In this document: one piece after another, positions 1 to 7,468 of the stretch
Layout: the number at the start of each line of letters is the position of its first letter
Numbering within the stretch: position 1 is the stretch's first letter
Assembly (NCBI GenBank): GCA_046497225.1
Contig: JAWOGA010000050.1
Span: forward strand, 1-37,959
Direction of reading: 5' to 3'
Length of the DNA stretch: 37,959 bases
DNA from: Candidatus Moraniibacteriota bacterium
GTDB taxonomy: Bacteria > Patescibacteriota > Minisyncoccia > Moranbacterales > DUUL01
Made by a program: the position numbers and the translations under genes
The notes under the pieces: generated by a model
What the model was told of the DNA's origin: nothing
Database searches by the model: none
Seen by the model: the letters and a program-made list of their open reading frames with translations, nothing else

Positions 1-55
1 AAATACCAACTAACCAAAATTAAAACCGAGGAGACAAAACTTTTAATTTTAAGTT

Positions 56-451
56 CTATCTCATTAAAAAATACAATTCTATCATTATTACGGCTCCCAC
101 AGCCAACAAACCATCCCACCAAGTCAAAATTCTAAAACTCTGCATTACCAATAGAGCTATCATCAACATGCTCAAAAGAAATCCTTGCCTAGCTGAAATC
201 TTCGCTAAAAAATCCAGCTCTTTTTTTCTAAGATCTTGTCTTTTCCACCTTCTCACCCAAAACAAAAGCAGAGAAAATCCGGCAAAGAAGGACAAAAAAA
301 GTCCCGTTTCCAAAGCAATCACGTTGGTTGTTATCAACCTTCCCGTCTCTTGGTTTTGGTAAGGAGAAGCAAATAAAACAACACCCGCCACTCCCAACAA
401 AGACCCAACAGCCAAAAAACGCATTCCCCATAAAAAATGTTTGTATGACAT
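56..451 (-). CDS. hypothetical integral membrane protein
   Basis: 131-aa ORF with several long hydrophobic stretches (FLAVGSLLGVAGVVLFA, GLFLSFFAGFSLLLFWV, GFLLSMLMIALLVM, LLAVGAVIMIELYF). No family motif recognised. Confidence 0.45.
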   Translation of the reverse strand: MSYKHFLWGMRFLAVGSLLGVAGVVLFASPYQNQETGRLITTNVIALETGLFLSFFAGFSLLLFWVRRWKRQDLRKKELDFLAKISARQGFLLSMLMIALLVMQSFRILTWWDGLLAVGAVIMIELYFLMR

Positions 452-573
452 TGCCAGTTTTTTAGTTTTGATTATTTTTCAATCAAACCCATCTTTAAAG
501 AAGTTTAAAGCAAAAACAACTTTTTAGCAACATTTAATCAAAATTTATCAAAATACAACTTAAATGAAAACCG

Positions 574-1878
574 CTAGTAATCTTTTAATTTTTCCATACC
601 ATTCATATTTCTGATTTTATCCAAAGCCTTGGCTTCAATCTGGCGAATTCTCTCCCTGGTAACTCCGAATTCATTTCCCACTTCTTCTAAGGTGTGTACC
701 ACACCATCTTCCAGACCAAACCTAATCCTAAGAATCTTTTGCTCTCTTTGAGTGAGTTGATCTAAAACTTCATTTAAGTGCTTTTGAAGCAAAGTGCGAG
801 ATGCAATTTGATGAGGCATTATTGATTCAGTGTCTTCAATAAAATCACTTAAAACACTCTCGCTGTCATCGTCACCAATAGAGGTTTCAAGAGAAATGGT
901 TTCTTGGGAAACTTTCATTATGTGTCGCACTTTTTTGATATCCAAATTCATTTCAGCGGCAATCTCTTCCGGAAGAGGTTCTCTCCCTAGCTCTTGAACC
1001 AAATTTCTAACTACTTGGATATATTTATTAATCGTTTCCACCATGTGGACAGGAATGCGAATTGTCCTGGATTGATCGGCTATAGCTCTTGTAATCGCCT
1101 GCCTAATCCACCAAGTGGCATAAGTAGAAAATTTGTAGCCTTTTCGATAGTCAAATTTTTCCACCGCGCGAAAAAGCCCAATGTTACCTTCTTGAATTAA
1201 ATCCAGAAAGGAAAGGTTCTGGCTTCTGCCTACATACTTTTTAGCAATAGAAACCACCAGCCGAAGATTGGCTTCGGTTAATTTTTGCTTAGCGGATTGA
1301 TCACCTTGTTCAATAGCCTTGGCTAAGGCAATTTCTTCATCAGAGCTCAAAAGCCCCACCTTGCCGATTTCGCGTAAATACATCTGGATAGAATCAGCAT
1401 CCTGGAAATTCATATTATCTTCCTTTTTAACCTCTTTTTTTAACTCCTTTTCATTATTTTTGTCAATTTCTTCTTTTTTAGTCTCTCTTTCTATTTCATC
1501 TTTCAGAACACTCTCGGAAGAAATTACTTTTATCCCGCATAAATCAGCTTTATCATAAAGCTGTTCAAGCCTGTCCAGATTTTCTTCTATATTTCCTAGT
1601 TCATGCAATATCTCTTCCTCAGTTACAAACCCTCTCTGCCTTCCCCTTTGAAGTAATTTTTTGACGGATTTATCCTTAATATTAGCAAAGGAGATTTTTT
1701 TTTGATTCTCTAAGGCAGCTTCTTTTCTCTCGCTTGCAGTCTGTCTTTTGGGTGCTGTGGAATTCTTTTCTAGATTTTCTTCCCCGGAATTGCTGCTTGA
1801 GTCTTTTGAGCCTTTCTTGCCGGCTTGTTTATCAACCAAGGAAGAATCTCGTTTTAAAGATTGTTTATTATTTGCCAT
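574..1878 (-). CDS. rpoD: RNA polymerase primary sigma factor (sigma-70 family)
   Basis: 434-aa ORF. Region 2 is [33 protein letters not shown] and region 4.2 is [24 protein letters not shown]. It has a charged N-terminal extension and lies directly downstream of dnaG, the classical dnaG-rpoD order. Confidence 0.95.
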   Translation of the reverse strand: MANNKQSLKRDSSLVDKQAGKKGSKDSSSNSGEENLEKNSTAPKRQTASERKEAALENQKKISFANIKDKSVKKLLQRGRQRGFVTEEEILHELGNIEENLDRLEQLYDKADLCGIKVISSESVLKDEIERETKKEEIDKNNEKELKKEVKKEDNMNFQDADSIQMYLREIGKVGLLSSDEEIALAKAIEQGDQSAKQKLTEANLRLVVSIAKKYVGRSQNLSFLDLIQEGNIGLFRAVEKFDYRKGYKFSTYATWWIRQAITRAIADQSRTIRIPVHMVETINKYIQVVRNLVQELGREPLPEEIAAEMNLDIKKVRHIMKVSQETISLETSIGDDDSESVLSDFIEDTESIMPHQIASRTLLQKHLNEVLDQLTQREQKILRIRFGLEDGVVHTLEEVGNEFGVTRERIRQIEAKALDKIRNMNGMEKLKDY

Positions 1879-2181
1879 ATTTTTACCTAATAAAGCTTAT
1901 GTATTAAAAAAGAAGTTCCTTCTTAAAAAAATAATATTTTATTTATAGCCATTGCGATCATATTTTTTGGCTTTTAAGAAAATTCTAAGACCTAAACTAG
2001 CTACTTTACGCCTTAAGCGCTAAATTGCAAATCAAAATTATTTCTAAATAAATTTCAAACCAATTTTTAATAAAATAAAAACTTCGACTAAATTTTTTAT
2101 TTTTCAAAAATCCTAAAATCAGAAAGTTTTCCCGCAAAAAAAGCTCAACGAAATACACACCCAACAAAGCACCAATTAGTT

Positions 2182-3993
2182 TTAATTCTCTAATTCTTTT
2201 AATTCTCTGGACAATTGGCTAAAATATTCCATTAAAAGTTCTAGGTTCTGACTATCTCCCTCTTCTTCAGCTTTTTTAATATCCCAAACAATTTCGTTCA
2301 ACTGCTTCCTCTTTTTTTCTTGAATGAGATAATTCAAGGTTTTCTCCCATTCTCCAACAGGATCAACCTCTAATTCCGCAAAACCCGCTTTGTCATCATA
2401 GTCATATTTGACCTTAACTTCATACTTGCCAACCTTGTCTTTCACCTCGCCTAAATCACCTTCAATTATTTTGTTCCAAATTTTAAGATATTCCTCGTCA
2501 AAGATTCCGCTATCAAACCCTTGGATCTTATCCTTTAATTCTTCTCTATATAAACTAAAAAGACCCAGCAACCTTTCTTGCAAACTAGATACTCTATCTT
2601 GTGATGTTTTTTTGGTATTTCCGCCTAACGTTTCTTTCCTTTCAGATTTATTTTCATTTCTCCCAACACTATTTATTTTAACTTTTTCTAGAACTTGCGT
2701 CAATGTATCTTCTTCCACTTGTATTTTTTCCGAAAGCTTTTTAATCCAATAGCTCTGCTCTATGGGGTCACTAATGTGTTTAATTATATTTAAAAATTCA
2801 TGAGCAATAAGCCTTTTCCCTTTAACATTATTACGGTCATACTTTTTTGTTATTACAGAAAAAAAGTACTCCATCACGGGATATGATCCCTCTATTGATT
2901 TTTCCCAATCCCGAGAATTATAAATAACGAGATCGTTAACATCCTTAAATCCTTCCGGAAGTAAAATAATCTCCGTATCAACTTCTTTTTCCAGGCAGGT
3001 TTGCACACTTTTTGAGATAGCATTTTGACCCGCTTCATCCATATCAAAGCAAAGTTTAACATTTTTAGTATATCTTTTTAAAATATCCACCTGCTGAGGA
3101 GTAAGCGCGGTACCTGAAACCGCTACAACATTTTCTACTCCGGAGGCAAAAGAAGCAATAACATCTAAATTTCCTTCTACGACAATTACGAAATCCATCT
3201 TTTTAATCGCCGTTTTCGCTAAATCAAGACCATACAAAATTCGGCTTTTATCATATATCTGAGTTTGGGGAGTATTTATATATTTGGCGCTTGACTCATC
3301 CGCTCCCGGCAAAACTCTAGCCGAATGACCAACCACCTTCCCCACTTGGTCAGTCACGGGAAAAGTAATTCTCCCCCTGAAACGATCATAATAATCATTT
3401 TTTTTATCCCCTAGAGTATTATTTTTTTGAACCACAAGTCCGGTTTTGGCAATATCAACAAGATTACAGCCTTTGTTTAAAAGAAAATCCAACAAGTAAC
3501 TCCAGCTCTCCGGAGCTAATCCAATACGAAACCTTTTCGACAAGTCTTTATCTATATGCCTACCCGCAAGATAATTGACAACTTTCTCGCTATCTGAGGA
3601 ATTTTTCCAAAGTTGTTCTTGAAAAAAATTGTTGGCAATTTCAGTGATTTCGTAAAGTTTTTCTTTTTGGTTTTTTTCCTGTTGGTTAACTTTTTTGTTA
3701 AATTTCGGAATTTCCACGCCAGATCTATCCGCCAATCTCTCCAACGCCTCCCTAAACTCCATTCCCTCCATTTCCATTATAAAAGTAAAAATATCACCAC
3801 CTTTTTGACAGCCGAAACAATACCAAAAATTCCTCTCCGGATTTACCATAAAAGAAGGGGTTTTTTCATTATGAAAAGGACACAGGGCCTTATAATTAGT
3901 CCCCGCCTTTTCCAACTTTAGATAATCACCGATTAACTCGACAACACTTAGTCTTTCTTTAATTTGGTCCGTTACATCAGACATTAATTTCAA
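2182..3993 (-). CDS. dnaG: DNA primase
   Basis: 603-aa ORF with a CHC2 zinc finger (CPFHNEKTPSFMVNPERNFWYCFGCQKGGD) and TOPRIM motifs (VIVVEGNLDVIA, DMDEAGQNA). The ORF-track start at 3993 is a TTG; an ATG three codons in (3984) is equally plausible. Confidence 0.95.
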   Translation of the reverse strand: MKLMSDVTDQIKERLSVVELIGDYLKLEKAGTNYKALCPFHNEKTPSFMVNPERNFWYCFGCQKGGDIFTFIMEMEGMEFREALERLADRSGVEIPKFNKKVNQQEKNQKEKLYEITEIANNFFQEQLWKNSSDSEKVVNYLAGRHIDKDLSKRFRIGLAPESWSYLLDFLLNKGCNLVDIAKTGLVVQKNNTLGDKKNDYYDRFRGRITFPVTDQVGKVVGHSARVLPGADESSAKYINTPQTQIYDKSRILYGLDLAKTAIKKMDFVIVVEGNLDVIASFASGVENVVAVSGTALTPQQVDILKRYTKNVKLCFDMDEAGQNAISKSVQTCLEKEVDTEIILLPEGFKDVNDLVIYNSRDWEKSIEGSYPVMEYFFSVITKKYDRNNVKGKRLIAHEFLNIIKHISDPIEQSYWIKKLSEKIQVEEDTLTQVLEKVKINSVGRNENKSERKETLGGNTKKTSQDRVSSLQERLLGLFSLYREELKDKIQGFDSGIFDEEYLKIWNKIIEGDLGEVKDKVGKYEVKVKYDYDDKAGFAELEVDPVGEWEKTLNYLIQEKKRKQLNEIVWDIKKAEEEGDSQNLELLMEYFSQLSRELKELEN

Positions 3994-4237
3994 CTTATTA
4001 TTAGTGATTATTTTTTCGCCGAATAAATTGGCAAAGTAACAAATAGTTATTTAAAGCTATAAATTTCAAAAACGTCCAACATTAGCAACAAAAGAGTTAT
4101 ACACAAAAAACAACACTCCAAGAAATCCTCGAGAGAGCTGGGACATGATAAACCCAATTCATAAATTTTTATAAACCACTAATAAGATCACCTTCTTTAA
4201 ATCACCAAACCTTAAAATTGTCAATTCCGATCCCCAA

Positions 4238-4408
4238 CTATTCCTTCCATTCCTTAATAACAATAGTGTTATTTTTAAATTCAACTAGAACCTTCTTTTT
4301 TTCATTCCACTCTAATTTCTTAATCATCCCTTTAGGTAACGTTAATGCATAACTATCACCGGTTCTAAATATTTTACGCGCTTTGCTTTGAGTTAATTTT
4401 TTTTTCAT
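4238..4408 (-). CDS. AbrB/MazE/SpoVT-type small DNA-binding protein (antitoxin-like); hand-translated, below the ORF-track size cutoff
   Basis: ATG at 4408, TAG at 4240-4238, 56 aa: MKKKLTQSKARKIFRTGDSYALTLPKGMIKKLEWNEKKKVLVEFKNNTIVIKEWKE. The segment GDSYALTLPKGMIKKL followed by a V-x-V-E strand is the pattern typical of SpoVT/AbrB swapped-hairpin domains. Confidence 0.55.
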   Translation of the reverse strand: MKKKLTQSKARKIFRTGDSYALTLPKGMIKKLEWNEKKKVLVEFKNNTIVIKEWKE

Positions 4409-4550
4409 AAAATTGAAACAGTTTAAATTATTAATTAGCTATTAGTACTTTCAAACAATCAAATTATTTGTACGGGATTTTAGTTGAAATAACTTTACAA
4501 GTATAGCAAAATTATTAATTTTTTAGTTTAAGATTATTAATCCCTGAATT

Positions 4551-4579
4551 TTGACTTGAAATAATTTTGGGTATATATT
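4551..4579 (+). promoter_or_regulatory. sigma-70-like promoter (TTGACT, 17 nt, TATATT) upstream of the DUF5320 gene
   Basis: TTGACT at 4551-4556 and TATATT at 4574-4579 with a 17-nt spacer. An 8-bp inverted repeat, GGGTATAT (4569-4576) / ATATACCC (4591-4598), overlaps the -10 box. Confidence 0.4.
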
Positions 4580-4661
4580 CATAATAAATAATATACCCCC
4601 TAGAAATTTAAATAATATTATGAAAATACCTATGAACTATTACGGAAAGGAGGTGATATTT

Positions 4662-4898
4662 ATGCCAAGATTTGATGAGACCGGTCCAACTGGAATGGGA
4701 CCCGGCACCGGAAGAGGAATGGGCCCTTGTGGTGGAGGATCCGGTTGGGGTCGTGGCAGAGGCTTTGGCCGAGGAAGAAGGTTTTGGTCTAGGAAGAATG
4801 AACTTCAAGCTCTGGAAGGAGAAAAGGAGATGCTCAAAGATGAATTAGAGGCTATCAAAGAAGAAATTGAAGCCTTGAAAGAAGAGAAAAATCAATAA
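4662..4898 (+). CDS. DUF5320-family protein (Gly/Arg-rich N-terminus plus C-terminal coiled coil)
   Basis: MPRFDETGPTGMGPGTGRGMGPCGGGSGWGRGRGFGRGRR followed by LEGEKEMLKDELEAIKEEIEALKEEK. I chose the ATG at 4662 because AGGAGGTG lies 6-7 nt upstream. The track start at 4620 has no such site. Confidence 0.75.
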   Translation: MPRFDETGPTGMGPGTGRGMGPCGGGSGWGRGRGFGRGRRFWSRKNELQALEGEKEMLKDELEAIKEEIEALKEEKNQ

Positions 4899-4910
4899 CA
4901 ATAAGCCCTT

Positions 4911-4935
4911 CCTTCCGCTTGCAAAAAGCGGAAGG
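4911..4935 (+). terminator. perfect 10-bp GC-rich hairpin after the DUF5320 stop codon (possible intrinsic terminator or attenuator)
   Basis: ccttccgctt / gcaaa / aagcggaagg. The downstream tract is T-rich but not a clean U-run (tggaattattattat). Confidence 0.4.
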
Positions 4936-5003
4936 TGGAATTATTATTATAAAAACATCTAAGAAGGCTAAATTTATTATAACATTTCCTTAGTTCAATT
5001 TCC

Positions 5004-5285
5004 ATGCCAAGATCTAAAATGTGCAGACGAATAAAATTCAACCCCAAAGTCACTTACTTTAAACCCCGAGGAGTGCCAATAAGAAATCTGGAGTTGATTC
5101 ACCTCTCAACAGAAGAAGCCGAAACCTTAAGACTTAAGGATGTTTTCAATTTAAGTCAAATTGAATGCGCCAAAAAAATGAACACCTCGCAGAGCACTTT
5201 CCAAAGAATTCTCTCCCGGGCCAGAAAAAAAGTTTCCCAGGCGATTATTCAGGGAAAATCGATTGAGATTGAAATCGAAAAGTAG
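5004..5285 (+). CDS. DUF134 (UPF0251) family putative DNA-binding protein
   Basis: 93 aa. MPRSKMCRRIKFNPKVTYFKPRGVP matches the characteristic DUF134 N-terminus. It is followed by an HTH-like LSQIECAKKMNTSQSTFQRILSRARKKV. Confidence 0.8.
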   Translation: MPRSKMCRRIKFNPKVTYFKPRGVPIRNLELIHLSTEEAETLRLKDVFNLSQIECAKKMNTSQSTFQRILSRARKKVSQAIIQGKSIEIEIEK

Positions 5286-5319
5286 AAATTAAAATTATCA
5301 CAGAAATACCGCCAGAAAA

Positions 5320-5916
5320 TCAGAGCGAGGTGTTTTCTTCCAATTTTAAATCTCCTCTTATCCTCCTTGCTCTTTTTACAGCCCTTTTAATTTCCAATAA
5401 GCTATCATCGGAAGCCACGCATCCTTGGTTTTTAAGTAAATTTGTAAAATCCCCTTTCCCAAAATCCTCTGATTTTCGATCCAAATCTTTACTTGCCTCT
5501 GCTAAAATTTCATCTGAGCTAAAATCATAATCGGAACTAATTTCTTTAATTTTGGAGATTTCTTTTTCCAGCGCGCTTTTTTCTTTAACAATCTCGTTGG
5601 AAAGCGCATCCACCCATTTCTTAAGATTAAGATTATCAACCTCCCCACCTGCCAGCAAAGCCCTCGCTTCTTCTTTGTAAAATCCGTTACTTAAAAGAAA
5701 ATTCTCGGTATTGAGACCGCTCTTTTTCTTATCAAGATAAGCATCTTCGACTTTTTGCCTAGCCTCTTCTTCTCCTTTTATTTCTTTTTGGTGAACTTTA
5801 TCCTTCTCCTCCCGACTCATTAAATCTCCCCCATCCCCTTCAGAGTCAACCTGATTGTCTTTCGCAAACCCTTCTTTAGGTTTTTCTTGCTTAAAAAAAT
5901 CTAGCTTTTCTTTCAT
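5320..5916 (-). CDS. hypothetical charged protein
   Basis: 198-aa ORF rich in E/K/D. No TM segment and no recognised motif. It ends 7 nt upstream... more precisely, its start at 5916 lies 7 nt below the stop of the membrane-protein gene at 5923. Confidence 0.45.
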   Translation of the reverse strand: MKEKLDFFKQEKPKEGFAKDNQVDSEGDGGDLMSREEKDKVHQKEIKGEEEARQKVEDAYLDKKKSGLNTENFLLSNGFYKEEARALLAGGEVDNLNLKKWVDALSNEIVKEKSALEKEISKIKEISSDYDFSSDEILAEASKDLDRKSEDFGKGDFTNLLKNQGCVASDDSLLEIKRAVKRARRIRGDLKLEENTSL

Positions 5917-5922
5917 AATTAT

Positions 5923-6414
5923 CTAATAATTTTTATATTGTTTATAAAAAAAATGAATGAATAAAATCGCAGCAACAGCTCCTAGAAAATTAAAAACGAG
6001 ATCAAGGGCAGTGTTGGCGTAGCCTCCGACGTTGGTTTCCGGAAAAGCGACGACTGCAATGAATTCCACTATTTCGTTTATCGCGCCTAGGCCCATGCCG
6101 GCCACGGCTATGATCGGATAGACCACTTTCCAGTTGGTTTTTTGATTGAGGTAGGGTTTTAAAAGATGATAAACTACCAGGACGGAAATGGCAAATCCAA
6201 AAAAATGCACAGCTTGATCGTATTTCAGGACTATCGTATTTTGAATTTCAAGAATGGGAAACAGTTTTAAGGAGTAAAGCACATCTCCTCCGATTTTTAA
6301 TCCTCCTCCGGCCATATGCAACAAACCCCACAAGGAGAGGCCGCCGAGAATAATTTCGTCAAATTCAGAGCGATACAAAGTGACCGCTATTAGAACAAAA
6401 AACAGCATCAACAC
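5923..6414 (-). CDS. hypothetical multi-pass membrane protein (start codon uncertain)
   Basis: 163-aa ORF with at least 4 hydrophobic helices. The track start is a GTG. The frame stays open upstream to 6558 and encodes another TM-like helix, with no ATG/GTG/TTG in that stretch. Confidence 0.55.
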   Translation of the reverse strand: MLMLFFVLIAVTLYRSEFDEIILGGLSLWGLLHMAGGGLKIGGDVLYSLKLFPILEIQNTIVLKYDQAVHFFGFAISVLVVYHLLKPYLNQKTNWKVVYPIIAVAGMGLGAINEIVEFIAVVAFPETNVGGYANTALDLVFNFLGAVAAILFIHFFYKQYKNY

Positions 6415-6585
6415 CGCCGCGTACCATAGAAATTCGTAGTTTTTAATACTGATATAGTAGACCGTAAATCCGGCTATGTACAGGAGTGTAAAAATAAGTA
6501 TTCTCCACTCTGATTTTTTTAATTTGAACAGAAAATAAAAATTAATTTTAAATTTGATTAGAAAACTGTAAAGGATTCATCCTTT

Positions 6586-7059
6586 TTATTTTAGACCTTT
6601 CTTATATTTCTTATATTTTTTCCAAAATAAAAATGCAACAAAAGTCCAGAATGCTATTTGAAAAAACTCCCCACCAATGTCTCCAGTCGTTTTCACTATA
6701 TCATCAGAAGTAACCTCGGCAATTTCAGTTAAAGAAAACACGTGGCTAATAATATCAATAATATTTTTTATTAAAAAACCAACAGCTCCAGCTATTAAAA
6801 TATTCGTTTTATGAAATTTTAAATTCCAAGCAAAAATTGCTCCAACAAAAATAGGAATACTTGAAATTAAGGCAATTATACTCGACAATAGATCAAAAAC
6901 ATCTTTGTCAGTCTCTACATCAAATATAGCGCTCAAAATATACTGCACCCACTCATATCCGGAGTGGGCAAAAAAACCAAAGGAAACAAAAAACAATACT
7001 AAACATAATAAAGTTACGGTGGCCGATTTTTCATTTTTTTGATTTGCTTGTTTTTTCAT
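6586..7059 (-). CDS. hypothetical membrane protein
   Basis: 157-aa ORF with four hydrophobic segments and a K-rich C-terminus (WKKYKKYKKGLK). Confidence 0.5.
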   Translation of the reverse strand: MKKQANQKNEKSATVTLLCLVLFFVSFGFFAHSGYEWVQYILSAIFDVETDKDVFDLLSSIIALISSIPIFVGAIFAWNLKFHKTNILIAGAVGFLIKNIIDIISHVFSLTEIAEVTSDDIVKTTGDIGGEFFQIAFWTFVAFLFWKKYKKYKKGLK

Positions 7060-7131
7060 TTTTTGTTTTTATTTATTAATAAACGAAACCGTTTTTACTC
7101 CGCCAACCCACACTTGAAATTCAATAAAATT

Positions 7132-7332
7132 TCAAAATCCGCCCAAAGCGGAAGAATAAATGCTTATCACTTTGGGAATAACGATAGCAAGGCCAATTAA
7201 AGGCAAAACAATAGCAGCTACCGAAATTATTAAAGTCCATAAAAAATACTGCCTGGTTTTTTCCACTGAGAAATAAATCTCTTTTAATAGTTTATCTTGA
7301 TCATCAAGACGTTTTTTTGTTTCCGGATCCAT
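7132..7332 (-). CDS. small hypothetical membrane protein
   Basis: 66 aa. Charged N-terminus, then one long hydrophobic span (FLWTLIISVAAIVLPLIGLAIVIPKVI). Confidence 0.4.
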   Translation of the reverse strand: MDPETKKRLDDQDKLLKEIYFSVEKTRQYFLWTLIISVAAIVLPLIGLAIVIPKVISIYSSALGGF

Positions 7333-7468
7333 TTTTTGATTCTTAATTTAATTTCACAGCAATTGATTATTGATAATTTATCACATTTTTTCAAAAGCAC
7401 AAAACAAGCAACTGACACCACACAAAAAGGCGTTATCAAAAACCTGCAAAATCACCTCAAAATTAAGG

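Noticed and set aside
4620-4661. Upstream start of the DUF5320 ORF (MKIPMNYYGKEVIF...).
   Set aside because: The ATG at 4662 has a strong AGGAGGTG site and yields the family-typical MPR... N-terminus.
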